Shown here one piece after another: positions 40,769-51,500 of a stretch of DNA of 64,000 nucleotides. Every line of letters starts with the position of its first letter. The stretch's first letter is position 1. A model generated the notes under the pieces. It had not been told where the DNA came from. It saw only the letters and a program-made list of their open reading frames with translations, and ran no database searches. This DNA comes from Candidatus Kapaibacterium sp. (lineage in GTDB: Bacteria; Bacteroidota; Ignavibacteria; Kapaibacteriales; UBA2268): contig OY762428.1 in NCBI GenBank assembly GCA_963665665.1, positions 2,400,001 through 2,464,000 of the forward strand, written 5' to 3'. Position numbers and translations under genes: made by a program.

Positions 40769-41008
40769 AATATATCCTGATAATTTATCATAAATTTTAT
40801 TTGTTCAGTTTCGTCATGAATATTAATAAAATTTCACTTTGACTTTTTTCTAAGCTAAATTATAATTGCAAGTTATGTGTTTTGATCCTAAATGAAAAGA
40901 AATAAATCCAAAAATCTTTGATTCTGTTGAAAAAAACAGGAAATTAATTTATTTTAATTCCCTCTGATCAAGCTTCGGGCTCCAATTCTCTGCTTTCAAA
41001 AAGTCAAG

Positions 41009-41024
41009 TGGCACGGTAATTGAA
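41009..41024 (+). promoter_or_regulatory. Possible sigma-54 promoter
   Basis: TGGCACG-GTAA-TTGAA: perfect -24, -12 is GA instead of GC; ~190 nt upstream of the 2037-aa gene. Confidence 0.4.
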
Positions 41025-41214
41025 AAAATCAGCTTTGAGGACTGGCTAAAGTGCCGGTGCGAAGCTGACGAAAATAGAAAAAAACAGGTTCGTCGATCGC
41101 GTAAGTTCCTCGGATTACTGCGAAAATCCAATATCCCGGGGGGGATGTTGCAGCCATCGCGGGCGGCGGGCTGTTATATGAAAAGTAGAATATTGAAACA
41201 CCACGGGGCTATAT

Positions 41215-44200
41215 ATGACCAACATGTGCGATTTTCGACTTCCCCCTTTAAGAGGTAAATGGATATTTTCTTCCTTAATTGCCTTTTTTATTCTTTTCGG
41301 GGAATTAATTTCTGCCAATTATAATTTCTACCTGAACCAGCGCCGCCGGTTCGACCAGGTTCATGTGGAAGTTTGGTGTCGTGCCGATACTACAAGCAGG
41401 GCCAGGCTTGGTTACGGTTCGCTTGTTATCAGGTATAATTCGGATTTTCTAAGTCCCGCCGTGGATCAATCGCCTACTGCAACTGATTCAATAAATTTTG
41501 ATATTGACAGAAGCAACCCGATAGATGCCATAACATCCGGATTCAATTCTTCAAACGGATACTCCGGGCTGGGTACAAGGTCCTACGGAAACGGATATTA
41601 TTCACTTGAGCTTAACCTTAATAATATAGGAGAGGGTGGATTAACACCTTCCCAGGACGGCAGGGGAAGTTTTATCGGTAAGATAATTTTTGATATTGTT
41701 AATTCTCCGGCCGATACGAATATGACCGGCATTGAGTGGAGCAGAAGCGATACTAACCAGGCCGGAGCCATCAGGCTGTTCGACTTCGAGGGCGAAGATG
41801 TTCTTGCCAATTCTGAATTTAACGACCCCGGTGATTTCACTATTGTGGGTATTGAAGTTTTATCACCCGATCATTTCGGGCAGGTGGTACACAGAAATTA
41901 TAATTATGCATCGCTTGCGGGATGGTATGCCGAAGGTGGTTATCCGATATATTTCGAGCGTAGTGTTAATCCTTCGGAATATACTCCGCCAACAGGAAAT
42001 GCCCCTGCACTGGACGAGGACCTTGGTTACATTTTTGAGTTTTCTGTTGATGCCGGTACATCGTTTACCGAGTTCGGGCGTATTTCCGAATCGGACAGAT
42101 ATGCCAATATAGTCGGAAAGAATCTTAAATATCTTGCCGGTGAAATGTATAATCCAGCAAGAACTAATACATATATCATTACAGATTATAATGGCAGCCA
42201 GATAAACAGGCTTAATTATCGGAATCCTGTGCGTGTTATATGGGCCAAGGACCCGAATTTTAATTATCAGACAAAAACAGGAAGGATCCGGATAAGGATA
42301 CTTGACGGAGAACTTGATGACGGACTTCCGCTTAGGGAACCGGGAGATATATTTGATGTCAGCGATGAAGATTTTGTTATTGGCAAACTCTTCTACCTCC
42401 AGTTCAACGGAACAAACGAATATCTGAAAACTGCAAAAAACTATAGTAATTCCACTCAGCTTACTGTTGAAGCATGGGTTAACCTGAATGAATACAAGAC
42501 AGAAGAAGGCCTTGAGCCCGGAATTGTTGTTTCCAGCGCCGGGCCTGATGCAGCCCCGATAAACGGATCCAAAGAAGGTGCCTGGATGCTTTACCTTGAG
42601 GATGGAAAATATCCTGCTTTCAGGGTAAGAGAATTCGAAGGCCGCGGCCCGGAAGGCTATCTTGCAAAAATAATTGCATATGACGCGCTTGATACTGTCA
42701 GCGCAGATCAGAATCTGACTAAGAAATTCTCGGATAATTGGGTTCATCTCGCCGCCACGGTCAGGAACAATGTGGTAACATTATATATAAACGGTGAGAT
42801 TTCCGATCAGGTAACAAATAATCAGGATATTGATATCAGGATGCGAACAACGAATCATCCAATATGGGTTGCAGTTAATCCTACCGCCAGCCCGGACGGA
42901 CTGGTGCATCTTCCCGCAGGAATCAAAGGGGTGAAAATTTGGCGTGTTGCCATGACACAGCAGCAGGTAAGAGAACGTGTTGCCGGTGTTGTTGATCCAT
43001 CCGATGTATCCGTTTACGGCGATCTGCGCAGAGGGCTTGAGATTTATGCCCCGCTTACCGGCGACCTGAAAGATAAAGCTACCGATAATGTATATCAAAA
43101 TGCAGCTTCGGATTTTGATTTTTATTTGGATGAAGAAATTGATAACCAGGCAACAAGCTTCAGGCCGGATATGGCACACCTGAAATTAACAGCGCCACTT
43201 GAAGGTGTTGGAGTATCCAATGCCCAGGATAAAAATTTCCAGGTAAGATGGGTTTCTTATGGTGTTGGTAATATTGCAAATGCAGGTTCCAAAGATATTG
43301 AAATTGAGTACAGCCTGGACGGTGGAAATACATGGAATGCTGCAAAGAATCCGGCAAACGATCCTCTCGCCGGAAATACTGCTCCCGATGTAGAATTCGG
43401 TAACACGAGCTGGGAGCCATACCTGAACAATGATGAAGGTTTTAATCTCAGGGATATCAGCGCTTCCGATAAAGATCTGTATTTAAGGATCAGGGGGCGC
43501 GAGGACAACGGACAATTTGAAATAAATGATATTGAAGGGCCTTTCAGAACCGGATTATATTTTTCGATTAAAAAGACTGAAGGCTCGATTCTTTACATGA
43601 AGCCTTCCTTCGGTATGAATATCAGTGGAAATACCGCATATATCGAGGCATGGATAAGGCCTTACCGCTTCCCGACTACCACGGAACAGTTTTTTCCGAT
43701 AGTATGCAAAATGGATACTGTTACAGGAGCAGAACATTACTCGCTTCTGCTTCTTGAAGACGGCAGGCTTCGTTTCAGGCTGATGGATGAAAACGGCAAC
43801 GTGAAATATGCCGACAGCGATCCGGAATATCCCGTGGTTGCGCCGAACTCCATTTCTGTTGATTCCGCCTGGACTCATGTAGGGGTTTATGTATTTCTGA
43901 ATAATGGCAATGGCCCGAGCGAAGTAAGATTTTTTGTAGATGGTATTCCGCAAAGAGATGATTCCCTGTCGGCTCAGCTTGGAGATGACCTTGTTCTGAA
44001 TACCCTGAACGAATACCCCGTGTATTTTGGATATCATTCATCGGATGGAATTTCAACCGGTTTTGTCGGAGAAATCAGAGAACTCAGATTCTGGAGCGGT
44101 GCTCCTAATTCCGAATTTCCTTCGGGACAGGAACCGACACCCATGAGTCTTTTCATTCAGGGTGCACAGTCTGTTCGTGCCGGAGAGCTTGAAGCAGGAT

Positions 44201-47200
44201 TTAAATCAAACCTCTATCTCTGGTATTCCTTCAACGGAGGCTCTTTTGTTAATAATGGCTATTTGCGTTCGCTGGCATCATCAACGAATAATGCGATAAT
44301 TGCCCGTTACTATGGCGAACCCATTTCATATATCCCGACGAAACCATATATTAAACTTGTTGAACCGGAATTTCGCCAGCAGGTTACAAATTCAAATAAA
44401 AATGTTCGTGTACGCTGGGTTGGTTTTGATTATGACAAAACAGAATTTTATTCAGGAAAATCCGGGCAGCCTCCTTCCGTTGAATTTTCAATACAGGGCG
44501 GCGGCGGAAATATTATCCAGCCTTATCAGTTTGTTGCGGGCGGATATTGGTCCGGCAACAGGATTAATGCACTGACTTTCCCGGATGATGACAAATATAT
44601 ATTTAAAGGAATTGGCGATGATGTTATAATTGCCGGTAAAATGGATGCCTCGGTTGCCGATCCCGATGATAATGACGACGGACAATTCAATGACCAGGGG
44701 CCTCTTGCTGCGTCTCTGACAAATGCAAGATTGCGCCTGACCGGGCAATACACTATTTACGGAACAACAAGAAAGCTTACCAGCGAAGGCCCTCTGTTTA
44801 CTGTAATGCCATCAAGCAATTTCACGATCAGGGCATTGCTTGAGGGATTCCACGACGGTGAATATACCGGCAGGCAGATCAGGGATATCGGAAAGTCTTA
44901 TGATGAGGGCGGCCTGAGGATATGGCTGTACAGGGATAATTCCGGAGCTCCGGGCGAGCTTGTTGATTCAGCCGATTCCAAAGAAGGATATGAAAATCGT
45001 ATGCCTGAGGACAGGGCAAGAAATACTAATAATTTTGCCAATGTAAACTTTATATTTCCCGATCTGACAGACGGCAGCTACTGGGTTGTGGTAGATCATT
45101 TAAACCATCTGCCGGTTATGTCTCGTTTTGCTGCCCCGTTTATCTACGAGGGCGATGTTCATAATACCTGGGCAATAGAATCGGGATGGGACTTCCAGGC
45201 ATGGAACGGAGAGGAAGACAATGTACTTCCCGCTGCCGCGGCCAATCCTTATACAAATGGATACTTTACAGCTTACGGCCCGGCAGTAACGGATATTAAC
45301 GATCCGCTCTATTCAAATTCAGGACTAATATTTAACGAGGGTATGGGCGGCGGTAAGAACCGATCCTTACCGGCACTGACCGGGGGGGATGTTGACGGTA
45401 ACGGTCAGATTGACGCCGCCGACCGTGTCCGCGTCAGACTTAATGATGGAACAGGAACTATTAGCTCGGATGTTACGGGCGACGGCGTGGTTAATGCTGA
45501 CGACCGTACAGTAACTGACAGGAATTTCGGAAAAATTTCCTCGATAAAGGAAGTTGAATTTGATGGTGGTATTATTCCCGTGCCGAATGACAATTATGTC
45601 AATGACCCGTTTTCATCAATTTCTGAAGTAAATCCGGGGCTTAGTACAAAATTCAACGAAGCCGCGAAAAAAGTAAATTATTCAATACCGGTGAAATTTA
45701 AAGACAGAACTCAGGCGGTATTTGATTTTGACCTTACTGCCGAGGCCCTGAAAAATGGAAATACAATTGAACTATCATTATATATAAAGAACAATGCAGA
45801 TACTTTTGCCCTGGCAAATTGTACTTTCGCAGTCAGCTACAACTCTTCGGTTCTGAAATATAAAGACCTGAAGGGTGAGGAAAATGTTATTTTCAGCGAC
45901 GATGCCGTTCATGGTTATTCAAGGATAAGGTCGGCTCCGGAAGAAGGAGCATCGAACCCTATACCTGATGTCAGGACTATTGAAGTGGACTATGATGCAT
46001 TTTCCAATCCCGGTGGTTTGAATGTACCCTGGGAAAAAACTTTCCTCGGAACCCTGGTTTTTGAAATCACAAACGAGCAGGCTGCTGTGTCATTTGGCTG
46101 GCATTCCAGCACTTCAATCCACAGCGTGGCTCAGGGCGTGATGACAGATTACGCTGATATGCAGGATATTGAACCTATTCTGCTTTACAATGCTGCCGTG
46201 GTAGTTCCGAACGGAGGCGAAAGTTACGCTCCGGGCAAACAGGTTGACGTAAGCTGGAGCGGCGAGGGAACTGCAAATGTTATTCTGGAATATTCCACTA
46301 ACGGCGGTTTCAACTGGTTCGACCTTACGGAAAATCCGGTTCCGGTTAACCAGAATACTTATGTATGGACAACACCTTCAACTGCATCATCCGAATGCTT
46401 AGTCAGGATTCTTGACAGCGAGACCGGCAAGGAAGTTGACCGCAGCGATGATGAGTTTTCCATCATGCCCAACTTTGCACAGATCATACGGCCTTCATCG
46501 GGCGATCCGATTTACCAGGGCGGTGCAAGCGATTATATTCGCTGGGTAACTCAGGGCTATACACGCGTAAGGTTTGAATTTTCGGAAGATGCAGGAGCAA
46601 GCTGGAAATCCGTATCCGGCAGGGTGGAGGCCAAAGAAGGCATGTATACCTGGAAACTTCCCAACGTTACCACCAAGACAGCATTGATCAGAATGATTGA
46701 TTACGAGACCGACGAGGTTATAGCCAGTTCCGGCGTATTTAAAATATTGAACGGCAGCCTTAGCTTCCGTGAGCCACGTGCCGGCGATGAATATAAACTT
46801 GGCAGGGTAAGGCGAATTCGCTGGATAGCCGAGGAACTTGATGAATTTGACCTGGATATAAGTTATAACGGCGGCGATAGCTGGGAGCGTCTTCAGTCAT
46901 CCGTGGATGCCATTCGCGGCTATATGGACTGGACAGTCGAGGGTGAGGAAACCACCAAAGCTATGCTGAGGGCTTTATGGAATGGCGACGCTGTTATGGA
47001 ATACGACCGCTCGCCTTTATTCAGTATAGTTCCGGATCCGGGTTTTGTATATGACAAACTGCCGGCCGGCTGCTCGGTATCCGAAACCTATCCGAACCCG
47101 GCAGGAGCTAAAGTTTATATTGATATTAAAGTTAACGAGACAGAAAAAATTGATATTCAGATAAAAGATATTGCCGGCAGGACGATACTCAGGCCGGCGC

Positions 47201-47328
47201 CGCGCACCATTATTCCCGGCGAGGCTAAACTTGAAATTGACCTGAGCGGCCTTGTGCCCGGCAGGTATTTTATTACTCTCAGTTCCGGGCGTATCAGGGC
47301 TGCGAGAGCAATAGAAATTGTACGTTGA
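41215..47328 (+). CDS. Giant T9SS protein: cohesin-like, 2 LamG, dockerin-like, cohesin-like, 3 Ig-like, type-A CTD (paralog A)
   Basis: Signal peptide; TVEAWV...WVHLAAT and EAWIRP...WTHVG LamG motifs; DVDGNGQIDAAD...DVTGDGVVNADD; PNGGE/EYSTNGG Ig repeats; YPNPA...PGRYF...IEIVR. Confidence 0.85.
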   Translation: MTNMCDFRLPPLRGKWIFSSLIAFFILFGELISANYNFYLNQRRRFDQVHVEVWCRADTTSRARLGYGSLVIRYNSDFLSPAVDQSPTATDSINFDIDRSNPIDAITSGFNSSNGYSGLGTRSYGNGYYSLELNLNNIGEGGLTPSQDGRGSFIGKIIFDIVNSPADTNMTGIEWSRSDTNQAGAIRLFDFEGEDVLANSEFNDPGDFTIVGIEVLSPDHFGQVVHRNYNYASLAGWYAEGGYPIYFERSVNPSEYTPPTGNAPALDEDLGYIFEFSVDAGTSFTEFGRISESDRYANIVGKNLKYLAGEMYNPARTNTYIITDYNGSQINRLNYRNPVRVIWAKDPNFNYQTKTGRIRIRILDGELDDGLPLREPGDIFDVSDEDFVIGKLFYLQFNGTNEYLKTAKNYSNSTQLTVEAWVNLNEYKTEEGLEPGIVVSSAGPDAAPINGSKEGAWMLYLEDGKYPAFRVREFEGRGPEGYLAKIIAYDALDTVSADQNLTKKFSDNWVHLAATVRNNVVTLYINGEISDQVTNNQDIDIRMRTTNHPIWVAVNPTASPDGLVHLPAGIKGVKIWRVAMTQQQVRERVAGVVDPSDVSVYGDLRRGLEIYAPLTGDLKDKATDNVYQNAASDFDFYLDEEIDNQATSFRPDMAHLKLTAPLEGVGVSNAQDKNFQVRWVSYGVGNIANAGSKDIEIEYSLDGGNTWNAAKNPANDPLAGNTAPDVEFGNTSWEPYLNNDEGFNLRDISASDKDLYLRIRGREDNGQFEINDIEGPFRTGLYFSIKKTEGSILYMKPSFGMNISGNTAYIEAWIRPYRFPTTTEQFFPIVCKMDTVTGAEHYSLLLLEDGRLRFRLMDENGNVKYADSDPEYPVVAPNSISVDSAWTHVGVYVFLNNGNGPSEVRFFVDGIPQRDDSLSAQLGDDLVLNTLNEYPVYFGYHSSDGISTGFVGEIRELRFWSGAPNSEFPSGQEPTPMSLFIQGAQSVRAGELEAGFKSNLYLWYSFNGGSFVNNGYLRSLASSTNNAIIARYYGEPISYIPTKPYIKLVEPEFRQQVTNSNKNVRVRWVGFDYDKTEFYSGKSGQPPSVEFSIQGGGGNIIQPYQFVAGGYWSGNRINALTFPDDDKYIFKGIGDDVIIAGKMDASVADPDDNDDGQFNDQGPLAASLTNARLRLTGQYTIYGTTRKLTSEGPLFTVMPSSNFTIRALLEGFHDGEYTGRQIRDIGKSYDEGGLRIWLYRDNSGAPGELVDSADSKEGYENRMPEDRARNTNNFANVNFIFPDLTDGSYWVVVDHLNHLPVMSRFAAPFIYEGDVHNTWAIESGWDFQAWNGEEDNVLPAAAANPYTNGYFTAYGPAVTDINDPLYSNSGLIFNEGMGGGKNRSLPALTGGDVDGNGQIDAADRVRVRLNDGTGTISSDVTGDGVVNADDRTVTDRNFGKISSIKEVEFDGGIIPVPNDNYVNDPFSSISEVNPGLSTKFNEAAKKVNYSIPVKFKDRTQAVFDFDLTAEALKNGNTIELSLYIKNNADTFALANCTFAVSYNSSVLKYKDLKGEENVIFSDDAVHGYSRIRSAPEEGASNPIPDVRTIEVDYDAFSNPGGLNVPWEKTFLGTLVFEITNEQAAVSFGWHSSTSIHSVAQGVMTDYADMQDIEPILLYNAAVVVPNGGESYAPGKQVDVSWSGEGTANVILEYSTNGGFNWFDLTENPVPVNQNTYVWTTPSTASSECLVRILDSETGKEVDRSDDEFSIMPNFAQIIRPSSGDPIYQGGASDYIRWVTQGYTRVRFEFSEDAGASWKSVSGRVEAKEGMYTWKLPNVTTKTALIRMIDYETDEVIASSGVFKILNGSLSFREPRAGDEYKLGRVRRIRWIAEELDEFDLDISYNGGDSWERLQSSVDAIRGYMDWTVEGEETTKAMLRALWNGDAVMEYDRSPLFSIVPDPGFVYDKLPAGCSVSETYPNPAGAKVYIDIKVNETEKIDIQIKDIAGRTILRPAPRTIIPGEAKLEIDLSGLVPGRYFITLSSGRIRAARAIEIVR

Positions 47329-47339
47329 AATAAAATTTT

Positions 47340-47470
47340 ATTCCCCTCCTTTGGAGGGGATCAAAGGGGTGGTTTTTTATTCTTGAATTTGGTCTTTATA
47401 CAATTCTTCGCCACCCCGGCTTGCCCCGATTTATCGGGGCCCTACGGGCACCCCTCCGCCGGAGGGGAAT
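47340..47470. repeat. Inverted pair of REP-like elements of the same family as 34353-34620
   Basis: ATTCCCCTCCTTTGGAGGGGATCAAAGGGGTGGTT and CGCCACCCCGGC...CACCCCTCCGCCGGAGGGGAAT. Confidence 0.75.
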
Positions 47471-47573
47471 GACAGGAAGAATTTAACCAGTACTTTGAAA
47501 ATTGAAATAAATATGTTTATCGGAGCTTTATCCATATCATCCGAGAGAAAAAATATGGTAAAAGATATTTAAG

Positions 47574-47846
47574 ATGAGGCAAACCATTGCTCGGATGAGA
47601 CAGACCATCGCTCGGAAAGGGCAAACCATCGCTCGGAAAGGGCAGATCATCGCTCAGATGAGACAAACCATCGCTCAGATGAGACAGACCATCGCTCGGA
47701 AGAGGCAAACCATCGCTCGGAAGAGGCAAACCATCGCTCGGAAGAGGCAGATCATCGCTCGGAAAGGGCAAACCATCGCTCGGAAAGGGCAGATCATCGC
47801 TCAGATGAGACAAACCATCGCTCAGATGAGACAGACCATCGCTCGG
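47574..47846. repeat. Tandem repeat, 13 x 21 bp, open in frame on both strands
   Basis: Variants of ATGAGACAGACCATCGCTCGG / AAAGGGCAAACCATCGCTCGG / AAGAGGCAAACCATCGCTCGG; units 3-6 equal units 10-13. Confidence 0.95.
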
Positions 47847-47877
47847 AAGCATTAAATTGACAATTTTTCGAAATATA

Positions 47878-47998
47878 TGTCACTCTGAGCGCAGCGAAGA
47901 GTCCATTCTTCAGGAAAAGCAGAAGAAAGATGTATTCTTCACTTCGGAAGCCTGCCCTTGCCTGCCCCGATTTATCGGGGACGAGTCGGGGAATGACA
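47878..47998. repeat. Second REP-like family element with a nested palindrome
   Basis: TGTCACTCTGAGCGCAGCGAAGAGTC ... ATTCTTCACTTCG[insert]GAATGACA; the insert contains CCCCGATTTATCGGGG. Confidence 0.6.
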
Positions 47999-48095
47999 AG
48001 AACGGTTGACAATAAGAAAAGAGAATCGAAGAAAAATTATGAAAAATGGCGGAAAAGCAGTACAGCAGAAGCTTGCAAGCTATAAGGGCGGCCAG

Positions 48096-48122
48096 TCAGT
48101 TATTCGGTAGAAATACCGACTA
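48096..48122 (+). promoter_or_regulatory. Upstream weaker sigma-28-like promoter
   Basis: TCAG-N15-ACCGACTA, sharing the spacer core GGTAGAAAT with the 48187 site. Confidence 0.35.
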
Positions 48123-48186
48123 CAAACAGCCCAAAAAAAAGGGGTTTGTAAAGTTCCAAAGAAGAAGAAATTTTAAGCGGAAAGGC

Positions 48187-48213
48187 TAAAGTTTGGTAGA
48201 AATTAACCGATAA
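48187..48213 (+). promoter_or_regulatory. sigma-28 (FliA) promoter of the giant adhesin operon
   Basis: TAAAGTTT-N11-ACCGATAA, one mismatch from the extended consensus TAAAGTTT-N11-GCCGATAA. Confidence 0.7.
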
Positions 48214-48516
48214 ACAATTACGAGAAAGCATCCAAGCGTTGGCTTGGAAGTGTTAATTTGATAACAGGAAAACAATGATTAGTTTATACGAAATAAATAA
48301 AATATACCACAGGAAGTGCATTATTATTCAACCAATTATGGAGGATTCATGGAAAGAAACATACTCCCGACAAACCGCTCCCCCGGATAGGCAAGGGCGA
48401 AGATGCAGCGAAGGGAAATCAGCCCTTAATTCGCTGAATTTTCTTTGCTTGCACGCACACGATACGAGAAATAAAGCGATACGTAAATATTTTACAAACA
48501 TTAACAGGAAATTATC

Positions 48517-51500
48517 ATGAAAAAGAAAAATCGATTATTGAGAATTGGGATTTTTCTCGCTTTCTTTTTTGCATTGTCCCTTGGCACCGAGGCCTGGGCG
48601 GCGACCATTGTCACGAATACAAGTGGTAATTGGTCCGATCCTGATACTTGGGTAGGCGGGGCTTTGCCAACGGCAAGTGATGTTGTTCAAATAGAACATG
48701 ATTTGACTCTTGATGGTGATTATACTTGTGCTGGAATTGTTATCGATAATGATGATGATGGAGATATTGATCTTAAGCCAGCAACAACAGGTACTTACAC
48801 CTTGACTGTCAATGGTAATATCACAATGGCTTCAACAACAGATAAAGACGGAATATTATACAATAACACTAACGGACGCCTTAATTTAAAAATTACAGGT
48901 ACTAGTGTTATTACAACATCTGTTGCTGCTGACGGAGCTGATGGTATTCAGGTAAATGATTTAATAATTTCCGGTACTGTTACCCATACCGGAGCACATC
49001 AAATTGATATATATAACAATATGTATGTCAACGGTGGAGGTTCATTCACTGATGGAACGTCTGCCGGTAATATTATAAGTTTTGCGGGTGCTGATTCTTA
49101 TATTTACAATACTTCTTCAGCTTCTGCCCCGCTTGTTTTTTATGATCTTACTTTTGCTGCTGCTGCAACAGATGCAGAAACAAATGCAAGTTTCACTGTT
49201 AAAGGTACTTTAACAACTGCGGGAGGCTCAGCTTTAACAGCTACGGCAGGAACAATTACTTTTAGTCCAATTGCTAATGATGTGGTAATAGCTTCAAGTG
49301 GTACAACTACTTTGAACAATATTGTAATAGCAAATACCACATATGATGTTACTTCTACCGGCGATATTTCCATCGATGGTAGTTATACACAGTCTGGAAC
49401 AACCGGAACTGTTATTCACGCTGCCGCCGGACGAATAACTTTTTCAGGATCAGGTACAATTACTGTACCTACAACAGCCTCAACACCTGATTTCGGATTC
49501 GTTACTATTGATGGTACTTATGTGTTGGAAGGTAGTATTGATGTTCTTGGAGCAAGTGGCACTGATGACTTCAATGTAGATGCAAGTGATTCATTTATTG
49601 CAAATTCAGGAACAGTTAGTGTTACCTCAAATGGTGCTCAGATTGATGTTGAAGCTAATGCTACATGTACATTTTATGACCTTTCAATTGGTACTGGAAC
49701 AGCAGCTGAAACACAGGAAATCACTGCAACATCAATTATTACTGTTACGAATGATTTAACTGTTGCTGAATCTGGTGTTGCTGTAGCATCAAGTGATGCA
49801 AATTCTCCAGCACCGAGCATAACAATGACTGGTGGTACTGCAATTGGAAGTGCAGTTACCCTTGATCTTTCAGGAATTGATCCTGCAGATGTCGGGTTCT
49901 TCAATCCAGGTAATCTTTATATTGGATCTGGTGCGTTTGTAGAAATAAACACACACGCTAGCGGATGGGAACTTGAAGAAACAACAGATGATACATTACA
50001 TGTTCGCGGTACTTTTATTGTACCTCTTGGAAACAAAATACTAGGTGATGCAGATGCAGGTGATGTTCATGAATTTGTTTATATTTATAGTGGTGCAACT
50101 TTAGCAACCTCTTGTATAGGAGGTTTATTCGATGATTCAAATACTGGAGATGCCGCTGCTTTTGATACTGACGACGGTACAGCTGACTTAACTTTTGCAT
50201 TTGAAGATATATCAGCTACTAATTTTTATTTCTATCCTGTTGGTACAAATTTTATTCAATTTGGTGATGATTTGCCTTCTCAACAATGTGGTAATCTGAC
50301 ATTGGCCCCAACCGGATCAGCTATGGATGCTACATTTACACAGGGTAATTTTACTGTAAATGGTAACTTTATTACTGCGGGAACGCAGGATGTAGTTTTT
50401 ACTGCAACAACAGATTTGACATTAGCCGGGAGTAATAACACAATTACTCACGGAAGCTCAGGAAATCTGACATTTGGTTTGTTGTCAATAACCGGTAGTT
50501 ATTCTACAGATGATGATTTTGAAGTTGCTGCCGCCGGTGCTGCCGCTTTTGATGCTACAGGCGGTACTTTTTTAGCTACAACACCCTCGAATATCACATT
50601 GACTGGTGCAGCTCCCCAAATTGATGCCGGAACTATTACCTTCTACGATTTGACTATAGGTGATGGTACTGCCGCATGTGCCGCTGTACTGAATAATGAT
50701 ATTACAATTACAGGTGATTTAATTCTTGGTGATGATAGCGGGGTCGGTGTGCTTGATGGTTCACTTACTGCTGCATCACAAGCAAGAGTAACTTTTGATA
50801 ACACAGCTTCGGCAGTTTCTCCGAATCATATTACTGTCGGTGCAGAGAATGATATTGATCCATGTATTACATTCAATAATCTGACAATTGCTGCTAATTC
50901 TCATATTGATGTAACAACTGCTACATCGAATATTCTTTTTACAGATGGAGGTGCAGCAGCAGGTATTACTTTGGGTTCTGGTTCTTCTTTTGTCTGGTCT
51001 GCTGGTACGTTGCAGATCGGCTCAGGAACAACTGCCTTTGGAACGACAATAACAGTTGCTTCTGATGCTACATTGACTCTTTTCAATATTGATATTTTTG
51101 ATATTGCTAATAATGCTATAACAACAGATGACAGTTTCATTATTAATGGTGCTATAACTTCAACTGGAGATGCTGCTGCAACATCTTTTACTGCTAGTTC
51201 TCCTTCAGTTATAACATTTGGCGGCTCAACAACAATGGATATTGCTGTTGGTGCTACCGGTTCTTTGACTTTCTATGATGTTATTGTAAATAACACGAGC
51301 ACTTTGGGGCTTACAATTACAACCGGAGACGCTCTTACAATTTCAGGAGATTTAACAGTTAATTCTTCCGCAAAATTTATACCTGCTGCGGATGCAACTG
51401 TAACATTTTCCGGTACTGATAATACAATTGTTAATAACGGAACATTAACCCTGGGACTTACTACATTTGCAGCTAGTTCCGATTATAGTTTAACAGGAAA

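Noticed and set aside
41863-42747. 294-aa antisense ORF, and other shadow ORFs such as 6131-6667, 28110-28652, 30718-31254 and 35299-35811
   Set aside because: They lie almost entirely opposite well-supported genes, with no recognisable motifs
47616-47645. c-di-GMP-I riboswitch (AGGGCAAACCAT resembles its 5' part)
   Set aside because: The downstream GGGACGCAAAG and the pairing strands are absent; the match is simply part of the tandem repeat unit
47574-47846. CRISPR array
   Set aside because: Units are contiguous 21-mers with no unique spacers, and no cas genes are present
48275-48520. 81-aa ORF overlapping the adhesin start
   Set aside because: No recognisable motif or coding-like composition; more likely leader sequence
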